From Gammaproteobacteria bacterium (lineage in GTDB: Bacteria > Pseudomonadota > Gammaproteobacteria > JAJFKG01), in the NCBI GenBank assembly GCA_965116795.1, contig OZ220716.1:490503-554502 (forward strand): a stretch of DNA of 64,000 nucleotides, given 5' to 3'. This document shows positions 42,147 to 51,940 of this stretch, piece after piece. Position 1 is the first letter of the stretch. Each line of letters starts with the position of its first letter. The translations under genes were made by a program, and so were the position numbers. The notes under the pieces were generated by a model. The model did not search any database, was not told the origin of the DNA, and saw only the letters and a program-made list of their open reading frames with translations.

Positions 42147-42275
42147 AATACCCAAAGTATTTCGAGTTGCGAGGCGGCGGCAAGCTTTCGAATTAACAGG
42201 AGTATATTAAAACATACATGACTGTTGTGAGAAAGCGCAGCCAACAAACTCGCAGCTCGAAAAGCGAAGGGTATA
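42147..42275. repeat. ERIC-like element (129 bp), closest to the enterobacterial ERIC consensus; preceded by a fragment of another end (42133-42147)
   Basis: atacccaaagtatttcgagttgc...gcggcaag...caggag...tgactg...gcgcagccaac...cgaagggtata; 1 bp after the stop of ORF 42277. Confidence 0.88.
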
Positions 42276-42276
42276 G

Positions 42277-43704
42277 TTATGGTTTTGGCCAACTATGCAC
42301 AGGCTGATTAGCTTGTTGTAATTGCAAATAAGCATCAGCCAGTCCGACAAAATCGTTCGGATGACGTTTAATAAATGCTTGTTGCCATTGGCTACCCGTT
42401 TGTTGTTGACGCACACGTGCTTCGATAATTGCCAAATAGTGTGTTGCATCATCTGTTGCTATATTCAATGCCGCTAAACCATCTGCTGCGATTGATAGCA
42501 AGCTATCTAAAATTAATTTTTTAATTGATAACAATTGTTGATCAAGCCAAATGAGTTGTGTATTTAAACCGTGCTTAGCTGCACGATAGAAATTTTCACG
42601 GACAAAACGAAATGGTAATCGCTCTGAAAAGCAGTCATATCGAATAAATAATCCTTGCATTAACCCAAAAAAGAACGTGGCATTGGCTAACATGTCAATT
42701 AACGTTGGGCCTGTTGATAGAATTCGATTTTCAATGCGCAAATGTGGGTTTCCTTCACTATCAAATCCTAAAATCGGACGATTCCAGCGGTAAATCGTGC
42801 CATTATGTAAACGTAAATGCCATAAGTCATGCTCTGGCAAATCCCTTACATAATCGATCCACAATGGAAAGTCATAATAATTTTCCCAAAATAATTGCAT
42901 GAATGATTGTAAATAATCATCACCAAATAGCGAACGACAAATTTCACGTCGGCGAGTGCGATTGTAAATCGTTAATGTTTTTTCAAATAGAGGAATACGT
43001 GTTTCTTCCCATAGCTGCCTGCCAAATAAAAAAGGTGAATTGCCACATGCTGCTAATAAAGGTGCGGAAATCAATTGTGCAATATTATGGTAAGTGACTG
43101 CATGTTTAAATGGTACTTGAAGATGCAACTGTAATGATGCTGTTGCACCTGCTAACATTAACTCTTGGGTACGTAGTGATAATGTATCTTTACCATGAAT
43201 ATCGATATGTGAATAACTGTCATCATGTAATTGGATAACTCGATTATTCAATTCTTGATAACGTGTTAATGGTGTTAATGCATCACGCGTAAAGTCAGCA
43301 GGCGTTGCAATCAGTGGTGTGCCAGCCAGTAATAATCGATATTGCTGACCAGTAGCAGCTTGCTGGCACAGCTCCCATTGCTGGGTAATATTCGCATTTA
43401 ATTGAGTTAATGCATCACCAGACAAGGCATAATGATCACTGTTTAATTCAGCACAGCAATTAATAACTTCCGGGCTAATGTTGTATTGAGTCAATCCTTG
43501 AATAAAAGCAACATTATCTGTGTTTAAGGTATGTTGTTTATCATGCAACCAAAACTCAATTTCAACACCGCCACGCAAGGCGGCATTATCAAACTTACCT
43601 TGTTCAAACCACGTTTGTAACAAATGGGTTTCATTGTGCAATCGTGGCATGAATGCATCTTTGCCACGTGCTATATAGTCGAGCCCATCGAGCTGGTGGC
43701 CCAT
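42277..43704 (-). CDS. Glutamate--cysteine ligase family 2 (GCS2-like) protein
   Basis: GVEIEFWL, AELN, SLQLHLQV, NSPFLFG..LWEETRIPLFE, LHNGTIYRWNRP, HLRIENR; start MGHQ with GGAG RBS. Confidence 0.85.
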   Translation of the reverse strand: MGHQLDGLDYIARGKDAFMPRLHNETHLLQTWFEQGKFDNAALRGGVEIEFWLHDKQHTLNTDNVAFIQGLTQYNISPEVINCCAELNSDHYALSGDALTQLNANITQQWELCQQAATGQQYRLLLAGTPLIATPADFTRDALTPLTRYQELNNRVIQLHDDSYSHIDIHGKDTLSLRTQELMLAGATASLQLHLQVPFKHAVTYHNIAQLISAPLLAACGNSPFLFGRQLWEETRIPLFEKTLTIYNRTRRREICRSLFGDDYLQSFMQLFWENYYDFPLWIDYVRDLPEHDLWHLRLHNGTIYRWNRPILGFDSEGNPHLRIENRILSTGPTLIDMLANATFFFGLMQGLFIRYDCFSERLPFRFVRENFYRAAKHGLNTQLIWLDQQLLSIKKLILDSLLSIAADGLAALNIATDDATHYLAIIEARVRQQQTGSQWQQAFIKRHPNDFVGLADAYLQLQQANQPVHSWPKP

Positions 43705-43881
43705 GTCCACTCCGGTGTCACTGCCGAGCCTTAAGCATAGTGAATTGCCGCTCACTGGTCAAAACCAATCATAATTGCCCGGATAAAAATAGCTCTAAAT
43801 CAATCACTTACTATTTTTCGAAACTTTATCAACACAATGACAGTCTATTGATATAGGAGTCATGCAATAGGAAATGCACTT

Positions 43882-45102
43882 ATGCGACGATTTCAAGGGC
43901 GAAACGAAGCTTATTACTACGAGTTACGGCTATTTCTCGAAGAATTATGCTGTAATTTGTGTCGTTTTATCCACGTAAAACATGATAATTTGGCAGCAGA
44001 AGATGTGCTAGTACGTCAAGAAGTCTTTATCCGTCCCTCAGCATACGCAGACATTAGTATTCAGCTACCCAATCATGCCCCTTACTTTATCGAAGTCACT
44101 CACGGTTATTCTAAAGATCGGATATTGTCGATGCTAGCACGCAAATACAAAGAACCAACTGCAGTAACGGCATCATTAGAAAAACTGGTATTGGTTGTCG
44201 GTCATGACTTTAAACAAATGTTTCCTAACGGCATAGATGATTTAAATAAACACGTTTTTTCTGGACTTACTATTGACATATGGGATGAGAATAAATTTAC
44301 TGCATTAATTGATGAGTGCTTTCATATTAAAGTTAAAAACTTTTCTCCAGATAGTGTATTGGCCTTGCGTGAAGCTGTTGATCGAGTGAAAGGATTTTAT
44401 GCCTTTGGCAAAGAGTATGAAGACAATGCCTTATACGGTTCGTTGATATGGCACTTCGGTTTTTGGCATTTAAAATATTTACGCAAAAAATATGGGACAC
44501 AAGCTGAAGAATTTCTAAAACCACGTGTTCACCAAAATGCTGTCGTTTTATTAGCTGACATCAGTGCATTTTCTTCTTTTGTGCGTGACACCCAAGATGA
44601 TGATGTATTACGGCTATGCCTTACTTCTTTTTATGCGAAGTCGCGTTATCAAATCATTAATTCTGGTGGCATGTTATATCAATTTGTCGGTGACGAAGCG
44701 ATTGCTATGTTTGGGATCCCACATCATGATGATGATCATATTACGCGTGCATTAGAGTGCGCTAAAAGCTTAATTGAAATTGGCACATCAGTCATTAATG
44801 ATTGGCAACGACAAATCGATTTTGTTCAAGATGCAGTAGGTATGCACATTGCGATGAGTATTGGTGATGTGCGCATGATGGCATTACGCCCCTTTGGACA
44901 AACTCACATTGGCGCAGTGAGTGATAGTATTAATGTCGGATCACGTTTGCTCAGCGCTGCAAAGCCTGGTGAAATCGTCGTTAGCAATACTTACTACCAA
45001 CATTTACCTGAATCCATTCAACATCAATTCGCCGCTATTGATACTGTCAATGCAAAAAATATCGGTCGCTTACGTGCATGGAAGTATAATAATACCAAAT
45101 AG
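43882..45102 (+). CDS. Class III nucleotide cyclase with an N-terminal restriction-endonuclease-like domain
   Basis: Cyclase: LADISAFS, QFVGD, INVGSRL, PGEIVVS. N-terminus: QEV..ADI....FIEVT...IDIWDE. Confidence 0.75.
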   Translation: MRRFQGRNEAYYYELRLFLEELCCNLCRFIHVKHDNLAAEDVLVRQEVFIRPSAYADISIQLPNHAPYFIEVTHGYSKDRILSMLARKYKEPTAVTASLEKLVLVVGHDFKQMFPNGIDDLNKHVFSGLTIDIWDENKFTALIDECFHIKVKNFSPDSVLALREAVDRVKGFYAFGKEYEDNALYGSLIWHFGFWHLKYLRKKYGTQAEEFLKPRVHQNAVVLLADISAFSSFVRDTQDDDVLRLCLTSFYAKSRYQIINSGGMLYQFVGDEAIAMFGIPHHDDDHITRALECAKSLIEIGTSVINDWQRQIDFVQDAVGMHIAMSIGDVRMMALRPFGQTHIGAVSDSINVGSRLLSAAKPGEIVVSNTYYQHLPESIQHQFAAIDTVNAKNIGRLRAWKYNNTK

Positions 45103-45163
45103 GATTCACACACATTAGTATGTAAGTAACTTGCACTATAATCACTTCGTTCGAGTTGGGATT

Positions 45164-45207
45164 GGATACTGGACTCGCCCATTTCATGGGCTCTCCAGTA
45201 TGACGGG
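45164..45207. repeat. REP-like hairpin downstream of the cyclase gene
   Basis: atactgga-ctc-gcccat-ttc-atgggc-tc-tccagtat followed by gac. Confidence 0.55.
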
Positions 45208-45478
45208 TTTCTAGTTATGAGAATTTTAATTCAAAATTCTTGGGGATCGCTTAGAGCTAGAACACAGCCCCAAATACATCAAAAATGGTAACCACCCAGG
45301 CGCTGTTAAGGAAAATGCGAATAGCATATCGATTTCTATGGCTGCTCATGCTAATATCCATCCGTCTTTGATCCAAAGAGTATTTTATTGTTCTAAGCCC
45401 TATATTGATTTCATTGCTTTGTTAATATTTGTTTACTAAATGAAACTCAATATCAACGTATAAAGACAGATAAACAAC

Positions 45479-46780
45479 ATGACAGCCACTATAAATAATA
45501 CAATATCACTACAACATTCATCTCAACTGCGTGCCTGGATAGTTGTCTTAACTGCCGGTCTATTTTTCTTTTATGAATTTATCCAGTTAAATATGTTTAA
45601 TGCATTGGATTTACACTTGATGCGTGAATTTCATGTCAATGCTACTGAGCTAGGTAAACTCTCCTCAATTTATTTTTTATCTAACGTACTGTTTTTACTG
45701 GTCGCCGGTTTGCTATTAGACCGTTTTTCTGTACGTTATTTAGTACTTCTAACTATGGGTATTTGCGTTAGCGGCACATTTGTATTTGCCCTATCAACTA
45801 GTTTTACATTAGCAATGACTGCACGGTTTTTTACTGGAATTGGCAGCGCATTTTGCTTCTTAAGTTGTATTCGTCTAGCATCACGCTGGCTACCAACACA
45901 TAAAATGGCATTAGGATCTGGATTAATTGTCACAATGGGTATGTTAGGTGGAATGGTGGCACAAATCCCAATGACATTGCTTGTTGAACACATGGGTTGG
46001 CGTCATGCATTATTATTGAATGGAATGTTTGGTATTTTCTGTTGGTTGTTAATTGCTGTGATTGTACGTGACTATCCAACAAAACATCATAAACAACCGA
46101 ACTCACTATTATCAACCAACTTCTTACACGCAATGCGTTTAGCCTTTATTAATCGACAAAATTGGTCGTGTGGTATCTACACAGCATTACTCAATTTACC
46201 TATCTTTTTACTTGGCGCAGTATGGGGTATGCCTTATTTAACCCAAGTACATCATCTATCAGTAACCCAAGCATCCTTAGTCACCTCGATGTTATTTTTA
46301 GGCACAATCATTGGATCACCAATCATTGGTTGGACATCAGATAAAGTAGGATTACGCAAAAAACCCATGTTAATCGGTGCTGTTATTACACTCTTATTAA
46401 TTTGTAGCGTATTATATTTACCACAATTAACGCTATTGACATTGATCTTCTTATTCTTTGCTATTGGCTTTACTTCGAGTACTCAAATTATTAGCTATCC
46501 GACTGTTGCCGAAAGTAATCCAGCTTTTTTAACAGCAACATCGGTCAGTGTTGTTTCTTTTTCTTGTATTAGTGCCGGCGGTATATTCCAATACTTGTTC
46601 GGCAAATTGATGGATATAGGCTGGCAAGGTGAAATCATTGAAGGGATGCGGGTCTATTCAACCATGAGCTTTCATTTGGCATGTTTAATTATGCCAGTTA
46701 CATGTATTATTGCATTTTGCTTAGCGCTACGTATACGTGAAACCTATTGTAAACCAAGTGCAGTATTTTCCCGCTATTAG
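45479..46780 (+). CDS. MFS transporter (Pht-like)
   Basis: GLFFFYEFIQ, GLLLDRFSVR, RFFTGIGSAF, GWTSDKVGLRK. Confidence 0.85.
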   Translation: MTATINNTISLQHSSQLRAWIVVLTAGLFFFYEFIQLNMFNALDLHLMREFHVNATELGKLSSIYFLSNVLFLLVAGLLLDRFSVRYLVLLTMGICVSGTFVFALSTSFTLAMTARFFTGIGSAFCFLSCIRLASRWLPTHKMALGSGLIVTMGMLGGMVAQIPMTLLVEHMGWRHALLLNGMFGIFCWLLIAVIVRDYPTKHHKQPNSLLSTNFLHAMRLAFINRQNWSCGIYTALLNLPIFLLGAVWGMPYLTQVHHLSVTQASLVTSMLFLGTIIGSPIIGWTSDKVGLRKKPMLIGAVITLLLICSVLYLPQLTLLTLIFLFFAIGFTSSTQIISYPTVAESNPAFLTATSVSVVSFSCISAGGIFQYLFGKLMDIGWQGEIIEGMRVYSTMSFHLACLIMPVTCIIAFCLALRIRETYCKPSAVFSRY

Positions 46781-47292
46781 GTTAAGTTAATTAACCAATT
46801 TTTTAAAGCGGTTTTTAAGATAGCTAGTACGATCACTGCACTCATAATCACTAGCAACGAATCAGCGTCCCACACATCAATAACGATACCAACACTAAAA
46901 CCGGCTGCAGGTGGATGCGGGACATTTAGTAGCACCATAAACAACAAACTTAATGCCAGTGCAATTGCGCCAAAGATTTCGTAGGTATATAAGTACGTTT
47001 CACTAAATAGGTATAAATCTATTGTCCGTGATAGTAAATAACATGATAATCCAATCATCAAGCTAATTAAATAACCAACTAAAATATGCTTACTACGAGC
47101 ACTACTGCTATCACAGGCAGCAAATACGGTAAACGCACTAGCACTTAGCGACGTGGCACCAATCATGCGAAATGCCATGGTATGCGACATTGTATCCAGC
47201 AAACATAACACAATAATAATAAATACTAATGCAATGCTTGTCTGAATAATACATGCTTTTTTATGTTGCAAAAAATGTGGGTTAATTAACAT
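46777..47292 (-). CDS. HPP family membrane protein
   Basis: SLSASAFTVF, PHPPAAG motif. Confidence 0.85.
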   Translation of the reverse strand: MLINPHFLQHKKACIIQTSIALVFIIIVLCLLDTMSHTMAFRMIGATSLSASAFTVFAACDSSSARSKHILVGYLISLMIGLSCYLLSRTIDLYLFSETYLYTYEIFGAIALALSLLFMVLLNVPHPPAAGFSVGIVIDVWDADSLLVIMSAVIVLAILKTALKNWLINLT

Positions 47293-47371
47293 GGAGATAT
47301 CCTATGTGCATTACCAACCTGGCAGCGAATTATATAATAGTGATTGAGAATAGCAAATTTAAAACGAAAAA

Positions 47372-48907
47372 CTATAATTGTTGGCGTAATACATATCCAC
47401 GCGAAGCTTTACTACGACTCTCGAATGTTAACCCAAGATCTGTCATTAACTGTTTGGCAACTGTCATTAATGTGCTTTCATTGCCAGATTGTAATTCGAT
47501 CTCAATTTCAGATAAGGGTTCTGATAAATTAGCAACAGCAATAATGCCTTGATCAATTGCCAATTCACATTGGGTGCCATCAGCAAACTGCAATTGCTGA
47601 CATTGCCTAGTAAAATCGGTGGTAAATATGGGTTGAACTAACTCTCCTAATGTACTGGTCAGCAATAAACTACGCAATTCTTTATCTGGAACAATATTAA
47701 AGTTAGGTGACGCATCTGTTAATGTTGCCTCCCACTCATCACGACAGTGCAACCCTTTTTTATTTATGGTTTTCTTTTTGAGACACTGCACATAGTGTTC
47801 ACCATCATAACGCACCCGTAAACTTACACCGTATTTTTTTAAATCAAATTGCAATGTATCATAATAGGTTGTGATCAACCGCTTCGTACTGGCTTCGCCA
47901 ACTGCTTGTTGTTTAATGAGTGGGTGTGCTAATAACGCTGAAATGTGTGCAGACGTAATTGCTAATTTGACTTCAATTTCACGTTGAAAAGTTGGTTTAG
48001 CGATCGCTAAATGCTTTTGTTGGTGCCATTGACCTAATGTCATACAGGCTAACCCAATTAAAATAAACCCGCCAGCAACGATTAACGTCAAATCAGGATG
48101 CTCATTAATTAGTAATTGTGCTAAGACAATCCCTACTATTGGCACTAGTAATAGCCACAATGCTGTCGTAATCACTGACAATCTACGCCCAACTACTACC
48201 ATTGCCCAAAATCCAAATCCTGTAGCAAATAACCCTAAAAAAACGATAGCGATCACTGCAGATAGAGTCCATGTGGTGGGGAAAGGCTCACAATAGATCG
48301 TGATAAGCAATAGTGGAAGTAACCCTATCAACATTTGCCATGGAATTAATTGCAATGGTGTACTGTGCCAAGTGGCATAACGGGTATATAACAATGCAAT
48401 CGCCCAACTTAATGCTGCAGATAATAATAAACCGTCACCGATTATTGTTGCATGATCGTGCCAATCGATCTGCCATGGATTAATTAAAATAATAACGCCT
48501 ATAAAACCCATGATTAAACCGATTATCCTAGCGCGAGTTAGTGATTCTCTGCCAGATAACACTGCCATTGGAGTTACCCATAATGGCGTGGTATACGCAA
48601 TAACTGCAGCGCGTCCAGCACCGATATATTGCAAACCAATAGTGATTGCTAATACAAAAAAACTTATCTGGAAAATACCAATGATCAGCAGCAATGGCCA
48701 ATCTGCTTTGCGTGGGAGTTTAATATTGTGGGTTAATAAACAAACTAAGAATAAGGCAATTGTTGCAATAATCAGCCGGATCACAACTAACCATAATGGC
48801 GTGATGACTACCAACCCAATCTTCATGATCGGCCACGAAGCACCCCACGTGATAATTAGTCCCGCAAGTAATAAATAGGTTGACAAACCCCTTGAATTTT
48901 CTGCCAT
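47372..48907 (-). CDS. EamA/DMT transporter fused to a CYTH (triphosphate tunnel) domain
   Basis: 10-TM EamA repeat (WGASWP, YTTPLW), then REIEVK, YYDT, LRVR, EWE, ELAID, EIEIEL, SKASRGY; start MAENS at 48907. Confidence 0.85.
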   Translation of the reverse strand: MAENSRGLSTYLLLAGLIITWGASWPIMKIGLVVITPLWLVVIRLIIATIALFLVCLLTHNIKLPRKADWPLLLIIGIFQISFFVLAITIGLQYIGAGRAAVIAYTTPLWVTPMAVLSGRESLTRARIIGLIMGFIGVIILINPWQIDWHDHATIIGDGLLLSAALSWAIALLYTRYATWHSTPLQLIPWQMLIGLLPLLLITIYCEPFPTTWTLSAVIAIVFLGLFATGFGFWAMVVVGRRLSVITTALWLLLVPIVGIVLAQLLINEHPDLTLIVAGGFILIGLACMTLGQWHQQKHLAIAKPTFQREIEVKLAITSAHISALLAHPLIKQQAVGEASTKRLITTYYDTLQFDLKKYGVSLRVRYDGEHYVQCLKKKTINKKGLHCRDEWEATLTDASPNFNIVPDKELRSLLLTSTLGELVQPIFTTDFTRQCQQLQFADGTQCELAIDQGIIAVANLSEPLSEIEIELQSGNESTLMTVAKQLMTDLGLTFESRSKASRGYVLRQQL

Positions 48908-48940
48908 GATCCCCACAATTAGGTTATAGATAAACGGGTA

Positions 48941-49222
48941 ATGGAAAGCGCTATTATGCAAGAAGACTGGCCTACAGCACAAGAAGACTTACATATTGCC
49001 AATACCGTCATCAAGAAATACATTGATTTGCTACAAGATGATGAGCAATTACCAATGCCACACATTTTACTACGTAGCGATAGCTACCCTAGCTATTGGG
49101 CACCAGATTGGATGCTTGAATTAGCCGAAATCTTCGGTGATCGCTATGGTTTAATTCAAGGCGATTACGTTACCCGTCGTGTATTAACCCACTATCTACT
49201 GCAAGGTAATACTATTCACTAG
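48941..49222 (+). CDS. Hypothetical protein
   Basis: 93-aa globular-looking ORF (WPT..DL.IA, PDWMLEL, ends TIH); start may be 48956. Confidence 0.65.
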   Translation: MESAIMQEDWPTAQEDLHIANTVIKKYIDLLQDDEQLPMPHILLRSDSYPSYWAPDWMLELAEIFGDRYGLIQGDYVTRRVLTHYLLQGNTIH

Positions 49223-49366
49223 AACTTCTCTTAATTTACTAGCAGTTGCAATACCAACAGATCTCGCTACAATGAGTAGTTTCACTTTTCGAAATAAGGT
49301 CATTGCGGTTTGCATTCAGTAATACCTTATTTTTCAAATAATCTAAAGTAGATCTGGAGTTAGCAC

Positions 49367-50560
49367 ATGAACACAAAGCTCATTGGCGGGGTCTTTCTGA
49401 TTGTTGGTACCTCATTAGGTGCAGCAATGTTAGCATTACCTGCCTCTACGGTAGCCAGTGGCTTTTGGCCTTCGGTCTGCTTATTACTGGGTTGCTGGTT
49501 AATCATGACATTAGGTGCATTAGCCATCTTAGAAATCAGCTTATGGTTACCCGATAACAACAATATGATCAGTATGGCAGGCGCAACGTTAGGGCGAGTT
49601 GGTCAAACGGTTGCATGGATCACATACTTAGTATTGTTGTATGCACTGATTTCAGCTTACATCGCTGGTGGTGCAGACGTCGTACAGTATCTATTAACAT
49701 TGGCTAACATCAATATTCCTCTAAAGCTCGATGCAATCATTTTTGCAGGGATATTAGGCTACATTGTCTATCGTGATGTTAAAAGCGTTGACTATGTCAA
49801 TCGTATAATTATGTTAGCTAAATTTACTGCATTGATCATACTATTAGTCTGGGTAATACCACATGTACAAATAGCAAATTGGCATATAGGTGATCATCGT
49901 CATGTTGTTAGTGCCATTACCGTTGCAATCACATCATATGGATATGCGACAGTTATCCCAACCTTGCGTACTTATTTTAAAGGCGATGTAAAGCAATTGA
50001 AACGAGCAATATTCATCGGCAGTATTATCCCACTATTATGTTATTTAACCTGGGTTGGTGTAATTCTTGGTGCACTACCACATGATGTACTATTAGAGGT
50101 TGCACATTCAGGCACACCAACTGGTGCATTAACCCATGCTATTGCGAACTATTTAAATGCATCTACACTAACGTTAGTTACCGGTTTCTTTGCCGTAGTT
50201 TGTATGTTTACATCATTCCTTGGCGTATCGTTGTGCTTAAGTGATTTCTGGGCAGACGGCCTGCAATTGCCAAAGCAAGGGATCCATCGATTCACCATTA
50301 CTGGATTAACTTTTGGGCCACCACTAGCTATTGTCTTATTTAAACCAAATTTATTTTTAGTTGGATTAAATTACGCAGGTATTTGCTGTGTTATCTTACT
50401 AGTGCTATTACCCGCATTAATGGTATGGTCAGGCCGTTATATTAAGCATGATGCTAAGTTAACTCCGATTATTCCTGGTGGTAAATCCATATTGCTACTG
50501 ATTGTATTAGCTGCGATTGCTGTTATTGGGTTAGGGATATGGTATGACTTTTTACAATAA
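49367..50560 (+). CDS. Aromatic amino acid permease (Mtr/TnaB/TyrP family)
   Basis: LIVGTSLGAAMLALP, TSYGY..VIPTL, TSFLGVSL; GGAG RBS. Confidence 0.88.
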   Translation: MNTKLIGGVFLIVGTSLGAAMLALPASTVASGFWPSVCLLLGCWLIMTLGALAILEISLWLPDNNNMISMAGATLGRVGQTVAWITYLVLLYALISAYIAGGADVVQYLLTLANINIPLKLDAIIFAGILGYIVYRDVKSVDYVNRIIMLAKFTALIILLVWVIPHVQIANWHIGDHRHVVSAITVAITSYGYATVIPTLRTYFKGDVKQLKRAIFIGSIIPLLCYLTWVGVILGALPHDVLLEVAHSGTPTGALTHAIANYLNASTLTLVTGFFAVVCMFTSFLGVSLCLSDFWADGLQLPKQGIHRFTITGLTFGPPLAIVLFKPNLFLVGLNYAGICCVILLVLLPALMVWSGRYIKHDAKLTPIIPGGKSILLLIVLAAIAVIGLGIWYDFLQ

Positions 50561-50638
50561 TATACTCTTCGCAATTGAATTGTATACTTTGTTGGCTGCA
50601 CGATATTGCCTCGCCTACAATCCAATTGCTTGAGTCTA
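50561..50638. repeat. Internally deleted ERIC-like element abutting the permease stop codon
   Basis: tatactcttcgcaattgaattgtatactttgttggctgcac...gcctcgcctacaatccaattgcttgagtcta; same end as the copy at 5040. Confidence 0.85.
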
Positions 50639-50661
50639 TACTTCGTTGAAACTCAAATGAA

Positions 50662-51885
50662 ATGAAAAATACATTAATTAAACCATTACGTGGATTAAGA
50701 CCATCAGTAACCCATGCAGCTGATGTCATCGCCCCACCTTATGATGTTATTGATCGACAACGAGCACGTGAATTAGCCAGGGATAACCCATATAGTTTTT
50801 TGCATGTGTCTAAGCCTGAAATCGATTTGCCTGATACAGTTGATCCGTATGATCAACCAGTATATCAATTAGGTACAACCAACTTTCAACAATTACAACA
50901 AAATAAGATCCTAGAGCATGAAGACCAACCTTGCTACTACCTATATCAGATTCAAATGGGTGAGCATGTACAAACTGGCTTAGTTGCAATTGCCTCAGTC
51001 GCAGCATATCAACAGCAACGCATTGCACGCCACGAATTAACTATGCCTATTAAAGAAGATGATCGTGTCAATAATATATTGGCGCTGCAAGCACAAGCCA
51101 GTCCAGTACTCACTACATTTCGCAGTGACACAGCACTAGCAAATCTATTAACAGAATTACCAAGCGAAGTGTTATATGAAGTTACTGATCAACAACAGGT
51201 GTTGCATCGATTATTGCGAATAACCGATCCAGCTGTCATAACTAACATTACCACAACAGCTGAACAATTGACTGCTCTTTACATTGCTGATGGTCATCAC
51301 CGATCCGCAGCAGCGGTACGTGTTTATCAACAATTAAAAACACCAGAAAGTGCTTATTTCTTAACAGTATTATTTCCTGAAAATGAGTTAATTATCGAAG
51401 GTTATCACCGTTTTATTAATGACATCTCACCCTACGATACAGATACATTATTAGCTACACTCACAAAGCAATTCATCATTGAGCCAATAGAAACTGTGGT
51501 ACTGCCAGATAAGCCGTATCAATTTGCAATGTACCTTGCTAAACAATGGTATCAGTTAACTGTGAAACAGTTACCAGTATCATCGGATGTCATTGCAAGC
51601 CTTGATGTTAGTGTATTAAGCAACACCATATTGCAGCCATTATTTAATATTACTGATCCACGTCGTGATAAACGATTACAGTTTATTGGTGGGAAAGATA
51701 GCTTATCAGTACTTGCCAAACATGTGGATCACAGTACAACGCCTGCAGCTGCCTTTGCACTACCGCCTACACAAATTAGTCAATTACTTGCAGTTGCCGA
51801 TCAACAGCAAGTAATGCCGCCAAAATCAACGTGGTTTTCACCAAAATTAGTCGATGGATTGATTAGTTATACATTTAAAACTTAA
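50662..51885 (+). CDS. DUF1015 family protein
   Basis: APPYDVI, SFLHVSKPEIDL, RHELT, YIADGHHR, MPPKSTWFSPK. Confidence 0.9.
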   Translation: MKNTLIKPLRGLRPSVTHAADVIAPPYDVIDRQRARELARDNPYSFLHVSKPEIDLPDTVDPYDQPVYQLGTTNFQQLQQNKILEHEDQPCYYLYQIQMGEHVQTGLVAIASVAAYQQQRIARHELTMPIKEDDRVNNILALQAQASPVLTTFRSDTALANLLTELPSEVLYEVTDQQQVLHRLLRITDPAVITNITTTAEQLTALYIADGHHRSAAAVRVYQQLKTPESAYFLTVLFPENELIIEGYHRFINDISPYDTDTLLATLTKQFIIEPIETVVLPDKPYQFAMYLAKQWYQLTVKQLPVSSDVIASLDVSVLSNTILQPLFNITDPRRDKRLQFIGGKDSLSVLAKHVDHSTTPAAAFALPPTQISQLLAVADQQQVMPPKSTWFSPKLVDGLISYTFKT

Positions 51886-51930
51886 ACCTAAAATTCGCAG
51901 CTGGGTTGGAATGCGGAATTTAAGTTTAGG
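51880..51930. terminator. Imperfect hairpin between convergent genes
   Basis: acttaaacctaaaattcgca ... tgcggaatttaagtttaggt. Confidence 0.45.
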
Positions 51931-51940
51931 TGGAAAAAAC

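Noticed and set aside
42277-45102. GCS2 ligase plus cyclase as a two-gene system, or a canonical Pycsar locus
   Set aside because: The genes are only divergently adjacent, there is no evidence of coupling, and no cNMP-binding TM/TIR effector gene is nearby.
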